From Sphaeroforma arctica JP610 (lineage: Eukaryota), in NCBI RefSeq assembly GCF_001186125.1, contig NW_014040200.1:26879-72073 (forward strand): a DNA stretch of 45,195 nucleotides, written 5' to 3'. The notes under the pieces were generated by a model, which ran no database searches, was not told the DNA's origin, and worked only from the letters and a program-made list of their open reading frames with translations. The position numbers and the translations under genes are program-made. Shown here piece after piece: positions 1 through 13,100 of this stretch (position 1 is its first letter; every line of letters begins with the position of its first letter).

Positions 1-2
1 TC

Positions 3-239
3 CATTCCGCGGCACTACACGGCGCAGACCCGATCCGTACCACAGAGGTGGGTACTCTACTTAGTAGGTCAGCAAGCGAATATATGGAACATTCGATAGT
101 AACAGTGTTTTGTCAACAACGGCCCGAATTGACTCATCACATATCTTCCATTGTCGACTCACTTGGCCCAAGCTTCAAACGGGAATTTACTGACCACTTC
201 TTCCCATCAATCTTTCCTGAACCACTACAGCGACTATGA
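3..239 (+). CDS. Possible 3' end of an upstream ORF/exon, product unknown
   Basis: Frame is open from the window edge (HSAALHGADPIRTTEVGTLLSRS...FPEPLQRL*) and followed by AT-rich sequence with AATAAA motifs. No recognisable domain. Confidence 0.3.
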   Translation, partial: HSAALHGADPIRTTEVGTLLSRSASEYMEHSIVTVFCQQRPELTHHISSIVDSLGPSFKREFTDHFFPSIFPEPLQRL

Positions 240-864
240 GAGCCATACCATATGTTCACACATTGTATCATACATACTTGCCATTTTTGAAATAAATAAT
301 ATTATCACTATTGCCTTAGAATAAATAAATATCGTATAAATATCGATATAAATAAACGAAATGAGACGTTTAATAAAATTAGGTTTGCCTCGTTGAGACA
401 TTGCCTATATATAATCCTCTCAGTACTGTTTCCGCCGAAGGGATTTTATTTAGTGTTTCGTTGTGGCTCTATTCTGGGGCGAATCCGAGAGACTCATAAA
501 ATCCTATCTTTAGAAAAAAGAAATAAAAATAAAAATACTCTTGACGTCTTTAGTTATTGTCTTAACCAATAACTTATCACTATCAAGAATTACCGACTTT
601 GCCTTCATCAGACTGGCACATCTGGGTGGCTTATCGGAGGATCAACTAGGTAACGTTAATAGTCCCTAGAAACCTATATTCGGTTGAGCCATCTCGCTAC
701 CGAAGTATTCAGATATAAATAAAATTGGAAAGTACACAAGGCTCTATTAATAGAACTAGACCAACTCTTTTATGTTTAGTATTTTACTGAGGCCTTTTAA
801 TGGCCTCATCCAAATATCTGATATGTTAAATGGAAAAGGTTTAATTAATAAAACCATTAAAAAC

Positions 865-940
865 CATTTTAGGAAACTTAAGTTCCTCGTGCTATTAAAA
901 GCACATTTAGGAGACTTAAGTTCCTCGTACTATTAAGAGT
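865..940. repeat. Short tandem duplication (~38 bp, 2 copies)
   Basis: tttaggaaacttaagttcctcgtgctattaa / tttaggagacttaagttcctcgtactattaa. Confidence 0.75.
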
Positions 941-1164
941 GCGCTTATAATTTGCGTACTGATTAAGAGTACGTTTAAACATAGAGTCTAATGCGGAGGC
1001 CCGGCTTATTACAATATCGCCTTGATTGACCGAATCTTAAATTATTTTCCGCAGAGTAATGAAGTCCCCGCATGCGGAAGGCGTCAAATGATACATATTC
1101 GACAATAATAGAACATGGAAATGATATAAGTAATTTGATGGATCATACACAATAAGAAGACATC

Positions 1165-1612
1165 AAGCATACATAAACAAACAAATGTATGTTGTGGTGG
1201 GTGATTCTGTTGTGGTGTTATTGAGGGTTGATATTGTGGAAGTCGATGCTGTACAGGTTTCGGTGGGTGGCACGGGTGTTGTTGTTCTGGTGTTTATTTC
1301 AGGTGGTGACGATGTGATGTTTAGAGAGTTGATGCCTGCTGGATGCCTGTTGCGGGCTCTGGTTGCCTGGGCCTAGCTTGGTATGCTGGATATTGTATTG
1401 GTTGTGGGTGTGATTGTGCCAATAGTGCTGGATATAGTTTGTTCGTCAATGGCAGATTGCAGCAAGGCCTCTTCGACAAGCTCTGGGTTTGTCAGTAGTG
1501 TCTCTATTCTAAAAGTATTCTGGCTTGAGGCTTGTTCTATCTCCTCTCCGATGAGTTCATCTATGTCATCTCTATCGGGTATCATTTTGTTTTGCTTTTT
1601 GGAATCTCTCAT
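1165..1612 (-). pseudogene. Degenerate Thr/Ser-rich reading frame with one internal TAG; possible gene or mobile-element remnant
   Basis: The 79-aa ORF at 1612-1373 continues in frame past the TAG as AQATRARNRHPAGINSLNITSSPPEINTRTTTPVPPTETCTASTSTISTLNNTTTESPTTT. No homolog recognised. Confidence 0.25.
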
Positions 1613-2264
1613 ATTTCTGCGTAATACGGTGCGTTATTATGTGTTTTATAACTATGCGAGAGTGGTCTGTGCGTTGAGTTTCAAATACTATTTATACTTA
1701 GAACAAAACACTACTATCACCAATCAAACTCAAACTACAGAATAGCGTTCTGCCCCCGTATCTATACCGAATCTCGTATCGGCCGTTCTCATGTGTGCCA
1801 TTGTGCGTAGGATACAAATTAAATAATAGAGTACAAAAATCCGCTGCTTTCAACTACTATACAGCTCTTATGCACGCGCCGTAAAAGCAAGATAAAACAT
1901 GTCTCCGATATGATGGGGACTGAAATTGATGAAACTACACCCCGAACTTTTAGTCTCTAACTTTTAATTTTGACGACTGAATTAGTTAGCCAGTGCTTCA
2001 CATATTACGGCCCGCTAACTTGCCTTTCAACGCGTTAAACATTTCGTACATGTAGGCGTATTTCTACAGAACGTGATTTTACTTGGGGGCCTATATATAG
2101 GGAAATTTATGACGGACAGACAAAAGAGTCGTTAATGAAGTCTGGAGAGGACTTCCAAGAACTCCCGCTATTACTTTTGTCTTTTTCTACAAAAAAAACT
2201 TATGACAGAGTATTTCATTGGCTATTTTTTGGCGCTCTGGTCGCCACACGAAAGTATCGGAAAG

Positions 2265-2320
2265 CGATGACATCATGATGGGCGAATAAAATTGTATGAC
2301 GTCACTACTGACTGACGTGT
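2265..2320 (+). promoter_or_regulatory. Cluster of CRE/ATF-like motifs upstream of the CABIN1 start
   Basis: TGACATCA at 2268-2275, perfect TGACGTCA at 2297-2304 and TGACGTG at 2313-2319, ~380 bp upstream of the ATG. Confidence 0.4.
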
Positions 2321-2687
2321 GGACAAGTACTTTCTTTTAATATGTTTTATTTTGAAAAAACATTTAATACCTATGTAAAATAGTTCTGATGTAAATCTCG
2401 TAAATACGCGACAAGCACGTAGAGAGTCTTTATCTTTCGATCGACCTCAATAGATTGCAGTAGAGTTTCACTAACGTGGGTTGTGGGGTTTGTATTTTAA
2501 TGCTCAGAGTGGAAGGGAACTGATACACACCAAATCCCATAATATCACTTGGCCGATGGCGTGATTTTTAAATATGCGTCAAACTGTCAAGCAACGCGAG
2601 AGTGCATCTTGGAACTGAATACAACCCATCGGACGAGATTGAATACAGGCCGTTGCACCAGATCTGTGGGGGTCACTAAGAGGAAAA

Positions 2688-2690
2688 ATG
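2688..2690 (+). CDS. CABIN1: CABIN1 coding exon 1 (ATG only)
   Basis: aaaaATG|gtatgt joins in phase 0 to ISFAGLN, giving M-ISFAGLN. Confidence 0.65.
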
Positions 2691-5600
2691 GTATGTATAT
2701 TGATTAGAGCATATACTGTAAAGTGATGTGTCTAGGTATGTATCGTTCAATGTGACAAGGCATCAAGGGCCTGAATACATCCCATCATATCAGGCCGGAG
2801 TGGATACGAGATGTTGAAGTAGATTTGGAAAATTACCGACAGACACTTTTGTATATATGTATTACGCTCAGAACACTGCGAATATATAGTGAACTAGTTA
2901 TTGTGTTGGAAGAATGAAAATGAAGGTCTGGTCTTATGGATGTACCGCGATCTATTGAATTCATGGAAGCAAACACACATCTTATGCACTTGTAACTTTC
3001 TACGCTACATGCGAAGTGTAAAAGAACTTTTAAGTACAGTGGTAGGTTATATAAAAGTAAGTGGTGTATTGAAATCTCACAGACACCCCTGCTGTGCATG
3101 AATGGAGTATGTCCTCAAGTACTCTCCTGCCGTGCACAAATGAAGTATATCCTCACACACCTCTGCGGTACATAGTTCTGTTTTTAAAATTTATATACAG
3201 TGTATATTTGCTCAGAAAACACTTACAAAGTCAGACCTCAGCGCATTTATAAATGGCACTAATAGCTCGGTTGCGAATCAATCGTTTACGTGCACACGAA
3301 CTATCAGTGGATATGTTGCCAATCGATAACGGTGAAAGGCCGTATTGTTGACGCGGTAGTAATGTATATATTGCAGATGTGTACTCAAGTTATAAGAACG
3401 TTGCGCTGATACATGCCCATACGTATACACGACGAGCATGTATACATCTTGTACACGTACAAAGTATTGGGATGCCCATAACGGATCTTTATGAGTCCGT
3501 GGAAATACTTCGGACGTATTATTATATACTCATTCTTGTATGTCTATTTATCACAGCCGATTGCGCTCAGTAGAAGTCATTTACGCGCACGTCTCATGTT
3601 TTGTACAACGTGTGTCCTGTGCAGATTTCCTTTGCGGGGCTCAATCAACAGACAACAACGGAAGACTTCCACAAGCACACAGATGAGGGCCCTACGCGAG
3701 AAGCCTTGGTATGTGTCTTCGTGGCGCATACGTACCCTTCGTACCCATATCCCGTTTATGCGCATGTGGGTCTAGTATTCTGGTTACGCATTCGTTACCT
3801 GGGTGCATTGATTTGCACAAACGCACACACATCCTGTATATACGTATTTGTACTCAGGCTTGTGGTCCAACTGTACATGAATACACACTTCGTGCAAATG
3901 CGCATTTGTACTTGAGTATGTGGTTCTATTGTATATGCTCACACACATCGTTCGTATACGCATCGGCACCTAGTTATGTATTTCTGTTTCATATTCGTGT
4001 ATACATCCTGCATATTATTTTCATCTATTTTTGAGGTTCTATTGCAAATACGCACACACAACAGGCATATGCGCATTCGTCTAGGTATGAGATTCTGTTG
4101 CACATCCGTACATATCCCGTGATCATTCGCTTTGACATCTGAGTATGTGGTTTTATTGCCTATACATACACACACCCTGCATATGCGCATTTGTATCTGG
4201 CCATGTGTTTGTATATGTACAAGGCACTATTCATACCGCAGTATGCGTATAGAACTTTGTGTAAGTGTACAGTCTAAAGCTAGTATATCGTTCGATTCTA
4301 CAAAAACTCGCTGCTCTGACTATTCTAGAATTAGTATAGAAACACATCGTTAGTTCACATGCTTGCTTGAAACATGCATACTTTGTATTCATCATCTCTT
4401 CATTTCAAGTAGTATGTATCTTGTCACGCTGTTACGATTGTCTTTTATCTACAAAGGCTGCTTCTGGTGGGACATTGATCAAACATATGCCAAACTCCAT
4501 GTAAGCATGTAGGTTTTGAGCGCAACTGTCTATAGTACATAGTGTAAGTTGTGATCAGCTATCAGTATGGCTTTATGGTATCCCTACGAATTTCGTGGCG
4601 CAATACCGGATAATACCTATAATATGACTTTCTTCTAGCAATCAAATATGAGCAAACCCTGTTCATCGCGTCTGATTGTCTATCCTCTCCACATCCATGC
4701 ACACACCACAATTAGGAGGCACACGTTGTGGGAGTGTATGAGAGGGCTCTGAGGACACAGAAGGTATGTAGTGGTGTGCAATATTGTGAAACTTCAAGGC
4801 TATAGTGCCACATGGCAAAGCAGGCGGCCGTGGTTGTGGTTTTGTAAGTGACAAATACCCTTCGAAATCGAAGCCTTCGCAGGCACTAGCGGCGTGGGTG
4901 TGACATATGTAGCAGATTCGCCACACCAACAGGAGCTTGCTTGTAGCATGCAGTTTTATCTGTTACTTAGTTATAGTCAGTGTAGTAGGTAACTAAAGCG
5001 TCATACTCCTTAGATCCAGTTGTATCGTTTCCACTGGCAGATTGGAGAATGTCATGTTTGCCCCACACCTAGTTATATGAAGTAATCACCCACTCGCGCG
5101 TGTACACGGATACCTGCTTGCTTACATATGCAGTCTGAATATAACGTTGATAAGGCGGAAATTATACCCTTTAGATACGATACACACAGCATTTGCGCAC
5201 GAACTTGCCAACCTGACACAATCTTTCATGCATCATATCACAGCACGGGGACAACAAGCTCGCATTGGAGCTCTACAACGAAGCGCTGATGTCGAAGCAA
5301 ATGGTCGGGGTTGACCGCAAAGTGCTGCGGAATAAGGACCCGCGATCGCACACAATGTTGTGGTTGAAGTATCTGATCAACAAGAACATTGCGCAGCTGT
5401 GTACTACCGACGGGCTGTTCAGCCATTCGTTGCAGTACTTCTTTGAGGTCCGTTCATGAACCCCATCGACGCGTGGGTTGGTAGAATACAGTTGGGGTGT
5501 TGCAGTGTATTGAAGTGCTGTCAGTAAATGCGTACCAGGATAGTGGGATGAGGTTTAGTATTTGAACCTCGTGCCCCGCAATGTATGGTTTTGATTCCCT

Positions 5601-7070
5601 TAAAGTCGTGTGTGATTAGATGCCATAGTCGATGTTTTGCCGTGGTCAAAGATGGTGCTAACAGAATGTCCAGTGCATGTTTTGCTTGCACTGTCGCAGG
5701 CAAAGTATGGATGCAGCCAACGCTCAGTAATCTATAAATCTGCATAGACATATCAGCCGTTTAAGAATCGTATTAGCAAAGTGAAATCGGAGTTTGTGGT
5801 AGACGGTGCCATATATATGATTGGCGGAGTCACGTTCAGATTTTGCGGGATATCACAAATTTAGCTGCTGAGTGTTGGGTATTAGGTTCGGTTGTAGTTG
5901 CGTGTCTATGGGCATTTGTCCCATGCCTGCATGGTTCAGCAATGTAATCAAGTATCGCCAATAGTTCGATGAGGCAGTCATTGTGGTGAACTGTGTATGT
6001 ATATGCATGTATGGGCAAATAAACTCACTTTAATGCTCACTATCCTTCCCTCTATCGCGCCTTTACAGGCCTCACATACGCACGTATATACATCGTATCC
6101 ACAATGCATTTTATGTGATATCTACAAACCCATCATATCCGCCTTGTTTTGTATGTGATGTCTACAAGCGCATCATATTCATATGGCATTGTATGTGATA
6201 TCTACGAACACATCGTATTCACATTGCACTCTATGTGCTATCTACAAACACATCTTATCCACGTTGAAATTGTATGCGATATCCATATCTACATCCGAAC
6301 ATACTCGTGGTGCCACCAGCCGCGTGCGAACAATGTACCCCGATTTCTTTAGTCACACCCTCAGTTGCTTCTGGACAATGCCTATGATATAGGGTTCAGC
6401 GCATGTCGCAGCCATTTTTGTTTTGTAAAACACTTAACTAACTATTTCATTCACAGGCTACCAAGATAGAAGACACGGATCCCGTCGTATGGCTCAACTT
6501 CTCGGACGCAGCCGCTCGTGCCGACGACATAGGACTCGCCATTAGCTGTGCACAATCAGCGGTATGTTGTGGGGATATATGTAGTGACAAGTTGGCAAGA
6601 CCCTGTACGCGTTCACGCACATATGCACGTGTATATGCGCATATCTAGACGTGCACGCAGACATACCTGTGAGATGCACTCTGGACGTTCCTAACATATC
6701 CGGTGTATGTTTCATGTTTCACCTCAGCCTATTAACGCAAAGTGCGCACAGCTTGATCTTGCCCCTCCCCATCTTCCCTACGTTTCCCGCGCCTCTCTCG
6801 CTGTCCGATGCCACACACTCTCTGAGTGTTGAGTACATGAATAAAACTGCATCTCATGTCGATGCTTCCGATAGTCTCTGGAGAAAGGGTGTGTGCTGCA
6901 TATGTCAGACGCTTTGTGGACGTATGCTCATCCCGTCTTTCAACCTTCTAACAACAGCTACGAGCTGAACAGCACTGCTGGCCTGCTATCGATCGACTGT
7001 GTGTCCTGTTATTCACAGCTGGAGATTACAGTATGTAGGGGCTATAGAGTGTATATGTATGCCGCATGGG

Positions 7071-7147
<77 letters not shown>

Positions 7148-10100
7148 TGGGCTTGTATGTGTGTATGCTTCGTGTGGGGGGAGAATAATTGTATGTGAAA
7201 GGTGTGGTTCTATTTACGAGTCTCCGTCAGATTTACATATCGATTGACACTGCACACATCCATTCAAAATCAAGTACATAATATGATTTTAAGGTTTGCA
7301 CTTTTGTTAAAAAATAGACTGTGATTTACATCGAGGGTACATATCAATGTTATTGTGGATTGGGATGTGAACGTATTGTGTATCACGTTGTACATATTGT
7401 GTACGCGGATGTATTTGTAGGACGTAGTATGTATATGAATTATTGTGTAAGCGTTTATGGCTTACTTATTATGTATGTATATCGTGTGAATGGGCATATA
7501 CAATGTATTGTTTTAGACGCCACCAATCGGAGTCGACAAGCATCTAAACCAGTGTCATGTTTCCTCGTAAACAATTATAGTCCAAATTGCTCGCACAACA
7601 AGTAGCGCAAGTTTGTTGATCTTCACCTTCATTCAAACCTCACATCATAAATATCTTCACAGGGGACATGAGCTATTTCTAGAACTTCCTCAACCAATAT
7701 ATGCACTAGTATAACACAATTTATACACTCACGAGGAACGCTCGTCGATACTCCACGCCGCAGTGTGTCTCACACTGCACGAAATCTTATGGGCAATACC
7801 ACGCTTAACACTGTACTTGCATACACCCGCCCTGATACGCTACTACACCAGATACACAATTGCATACATAAACACAATCTGTTCCCACCACCACACTATA
7901 TAGCTGGTAGTAGTAGTGTATCTACGACACACAATACATATATACACACACAATCCAAGTCAACACGCACCATAGCAGACGGTAGTATTAGTAGTATCTA
8001 CATCATACACAATACACATCCACACACACAATCCAAGTTAACACCCTTCTTAGCAGGCGGTAGCAGTAGCAGTATCTACATCACATACAATACACATCCA
8101 CACACACAAATTTATATCCTCACCTGCAGATAACAGACGGTAGTAGTAGCAGTATCTACGACACACAATACACATCGACACACACAATACACATCGACAC
8201 ACACAATACACATCGACACACACAATTTATATCCTCACCCGCACATAGCAGACGGTAGTAGTAGCAGTATCTACGACACACAATACACATCGACAGACAC
8301 AATCTATATCCTCCCCCGCACATAACAGACGGTAGTAGTAGCAGTATCTACGACACACACAATACACATCGACACACACAATACACATCGACACACACAA
8401 TTTATATCCTCACCCGCACATAGCAGACGGTAGTAGTAGCAGTATCTACGACACACACAATACACATCCGACACACACAATCTATATCTTCACCCGCACA
8501 TAACTAACGGTAGTAGTAGCAGTATCTACGACACACACAATACACATCGACACACACAATACACATCGACACACACAATTCATATCCTCACCCGCGCATA
8601 ACAGACGGTTGCAATGAGATTATCGCGTACGCTCTTGCGCTCGACCCCCTATATGCCCGAGGTCAGGAACTTGCCAAAGCCATCAGCAGCGATGAGACGC
8701 AGAGGATTAAGCACTACTGGCTCAGAGAAGCACGCACAGCTGGGGATGCGGCAACAGAACGGTAAGACTGAAACCCTAAAACCCTAGAAGAACGGTGGGA
8801 AGAGGAATATGTTTGAGAGCAATGGTCGTCTACGTTAGGAACGGATGACACCTCAAGAGATTTCGATATTTTTTGATAAGTTTGTTGTGTTGGAATGATT
8901 GGGTAACTGTGTGTGTATTGTGGGTCAAAGGTCACCACTTTTGAATCAGAGAAGCACGCACAGCAGGGGATACGGCTACAGAACGGTATGAAGGCAAGTA
9001 TGTAAACGTGTCTACATCTATGTATGTAACGGAGCACAGGGGTTAGGGTTTATTGTTTCAGGAATTTTGAGTATATTCTTATAACGGCGTCTGAATGCTT
9101 GATAGGGATAGCAGTGTGTGTTTACTGGTTCAAAGCTCGGCACGTTTGGCTTAGATCGACTCATCCAGTTGAGTTTTGATAATATAATGATGCGAAAGAG
9201 CTGTATGTTTTTGTTTAAGGGCAAGGTGTCTATGTATATAACGGAGGGTAGAGTACATTTCTATTACAATGTAGAATAGCTTTCTGTGTTTATACGCAGT
9301 AAAAAGCTCCGCACTTTTGGCTTAGGTAGACTTATTCAATTGGCATGTGGTAGTATAAAAGTATGAAAGAGATGTATGTTTGCGTCGAACGATAGTTGTC
9401 TGTCTGTGGCGGAGGACACCCCAGAGGATTTGCGTACATCTTTATTACAACGTAGGATAGCTTGGTTGGCTCTGTGTTTATGTGTAGTACAAAGTTCAGC
9501 ACTTTTGACTCAGAGAGGCACATCTAGCTTGGGATGTGGTAGCATGATGCCATGAAAAGCGATGTATATCTGTGTTTAAGCAATGGTCGTCTGTGTATGT
9601 GTCCGAAAACAACTCTTAAGGGTTTCAGTATATCTCTATTTCAGCGTCGAATTGCGTGGTTGGTAGTGTTTATGTATTAGAAAGTATCTGTTTGTGTCTA
9701 GGTAGTCCAAGGCTAAGCCCTACCGGCTCAGAGCATCACATACATATGGCCCTAGGAACGTATAAAGGTGGGGTGTTTGCACCAGTAGGTACAAAATAGT
9801 CACGAAGGGTCCCACCCATGTGAACTTTGCACATATCTAAGACTTACTACGTTTGTATGAAGTTCAAAAGCGAGTCCGTTCCCTTACCTTCCTGTTGGGT
9901 TCCGATTGGCGCATAAAACAGATCTGACGAGATAGCCTCGGAATTGCAAATTGGTCCTGGAAGACCGAATTTAGCAAGCCGGATTTCGGGATCAGCCAGA
10001 TCTGGAGCATCACATAAAATGACCAACTCGCGCGTTAATAGGAAAAGAAAAGGTGTGTACACGTTTACCAGCATGCCGATTTAGGTTTTTAGGTTTTAGG

Positions 10101-13100
10101 GGTTTTATAACCCTAAAACCCTAAACCCTAAACCCTAAATCTGGGGCGTCACATAAATTGACCAAGTCTCACAATAATTGGAAAAGAAAAGGTGTGTACA
10201 CGTATACCAGCATGTCAGGTGGTAACGGATTGTAAGCAGTTAACTGACTCTACGAGATAGACGCGCTGGCAAAAATATACGCGGATGCAAATGTAATTGC
10301 ACCAAAGGTACACATTGGGGCGGGATACTAAGATCCCTTCACACATTCAGGTTTACATTCCATTGAAGTGTTCTCTCAACATGTTCACCGGGCAGGTCGA
10401 TCTACGTCTACGGTCGGTGGTGGCATGAAGCGACGGCCCAATCTGGCGGACAGGCTGCGCGAGAAGCGGTTGAAACGAGCCAAGCAGTACATCGACAGCG
10501 CGCACACATACAACACCAGCGTTCCTACCCAAACAATAGTGCTGAACGAGGCCACGTGGGGTGGGGTGTGTGATGCGCTGTTGAGTGCTCACCGAGCGGT
10601 TGTCATGCCAACGGCCGAGCAGAGCCCCAGTATGGGTGGTGCTGGCCATGAACTGAATGGCGATACGATGTGTGTCCATCCCTTTCTGAGTGTGAAGGTA
10701 TGTGCTCGTATTTAGGCCTGTTTTGCTCGCCAATTCGTCAGCACGCGCGTGCTTTTGGAACATCTAGTTACACGTGTAGTGTATGCATAAGCATAGTGCC
10801 GAATTAACACATACATAGAACACGCTTACCTTTCAGCAATTACGTGCGATTTCTCACATATACGCACACTTACATGTTCGCGCTTTTGTATGCGTTAACG
10901 GCTACACTCATTCGGTATAGAACTTGTGAGCCGTCAGTGTATTTATGCACAAAAAAAAACACCTAGATACGCATTGCAACAGCAAGAGAGAACTACATCG
11001 GTGTTATGATTAAGTTAGGACTAATTACGTTTCCGTTTAGTGCACTTATTCTTGGTTGGTAAAAGCATAGTGGTACCTGTGCCAGTGGTTCATGCAAATG
11101 ATCTTGCAGGGGCTGGCAGATGTTGTGCTGCATTGCTTTAGTAGGTAGGCACTAGAGGTGTCCCCGTAGTAAACCACTACAGGCCTGACAAGGCGGTATA
11201 GCTACCCAAACGGAATAAGATGCGTTTACGTCTCATAGCCTACCTCGCAAACCATTGGACGCTTTAGCTCAAACGAGTTAATAAGTAGTACATGACTATG
11301 ATATCCAATTCGCTCGGAAGACATTGTGTGATCTCACGCGCCTAGCTGAATAGATATGTTCTGCATTCTCACATTTCACATCACTCACCCCGTCTGTGTG
11401 TCAGTTCGAGTTGTCGCCGGCACTGAGTGCACTTCCGAAACCGCCGCCCGAGTTACAACCACCCATCAGACCCAGTAACCTCGATCTGACTGTGAACAAA
11501 GGTGAGGGCATCAGAGTTGCGTATATAATTGTTTATTGCAATCTACTTTCTTATTGAATTATGTACTGCAATCTACTTTCTTATACAATTGTGTATTGCA
11601 TTTTATTTTTCTTATCTAATTGTGTATTGCATTCTACTTTCTTATACATTTGTGTATTGCATTATATTTTTCTTATACAATTGAGCTTTACGCGGCAATC
11701 GCGCACGAGACGGCTGCTGTGTTCCCAAATGTTCTAAATACGTTCTTCCAGTGCATGAGTGAATGTTTATAATGCATGAGGTGACAACGATAAATGTACA
11801 GGTGTTGACAGTCACGGAATCAAACAGTTGCGTTACTGCGAATAAGTCGTATGCATGAGTATTAATCTACACATCAGTACTGATGGTAGGTCGCTTGAAC
11901 AGTCCCACTTGCCTTCCTTAAACCTTTCTATGCATGCAAATACGTTCTGCATAACAAACAGACTCTGCTGCTCCGGAGGCCAGGAGCTCTGAACCTATAG
12001 CTGCACCTAGTAAGGATGAACAGAAAGCAGAGAGAGAAAAGGAGAGAGCCAAAGAAGCCGCTCCAAAACCTAAGCGATCGTATGTTGTCTTTTGTGCCTT
12101 CCCGTGTTTGAAAGGGGGTTGAGAATGGCGAGGTTTGGTCTTTATTCGTCTTGGTATATTTTTTTGATGGCAAAGTGAGAGTGTGTGTCATTTGTTCTCA
12201 AGAGTCGACAGAGTCAAAGGCAACACATAAAGTACGGGGTGCATCCAGTGTACTGGCTCTGCATGCAGTCTCTGGCTATGGCCAATTAGGTTTCGTGTCA
12301 TGTGTTCTCAAGAGTCGACAGAGTCAAAGGCAACACATAAAGTACGGGGTGCATCCAGTGTACTGGCTCTGCATGCAGTCTCTGGCTATGGCCAGTCAGG
12401 TTTCGTGTCTTTTGTTCTCAAGAGTCGACAGAGTCAAAGGCAACACATAAAGTACGGGGTGTATCCAGTGTACTGGCTCTGCATGCAGTCTCTGGCTATG
12501 GCCAATCAGGGTTTTTTCGCATATAGTGTATTGGTACTATAATATTGGACTGTATACTTATATCTACTACTTGTATAAACTACCTATATATTCTACGTAT
12601 GTACTACAATCACTGTAGGTCCCGGCTGGCAGCCGTGAAGGAGGCTGCACAAGAGGCTCCCATTGCACAATCCACCAAACTAGACAATGAGGTAAGCTAC
12701 GTACGATAACACTACATACTCACAGTGTAAAGATATAATTTGGCATGCTACCTGCATCGGTAGATGAAGCAGGTGGTCCGGCGAATGATGGCTGGTTTTG
12801 TTTTATAAATTGTTCCATATGTATTGTCCTTAGCCCGTTGATATATTATTGTTTCATTATTCCTGCGTATGATTTCTTATTGCCATTCTTCTGTATAATT
12901 TAGTATTTAAATTTTCTGGTTATTATTTCTACTCTTCAGTATGATTATTACTTCTATTCATCCTTATAATGTAATATTACAATTTTTTTAATTCTTTCTA
13001 TTCTTCCGTATATTGCGGTACTACAATTTTCTTTGTGGTTTATTACTTCTATTTGTATAATGAAATATTACAATTCTTCTTGATAGTTTATTATTTCTAT

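Noticed and set aside
2759..4500. Exon-like segments at ~2759-2850, ~2913-2991 and ~4457-4500
   Set aside because: Not needed for the CABIN1 alignment, which is collinear without them; no recognisable product.
6893..7247. YIYIYI-type ORFs
   Set aside because: Translations of the (TA)n microsatellite.
12185..12512. 110-bp repeat and ORFs 12151-12450/12300-12542 as a gene or CRISPR
   Set aside because: Simple tandem triplication with a period not divisible by 3, lying inside an intron.
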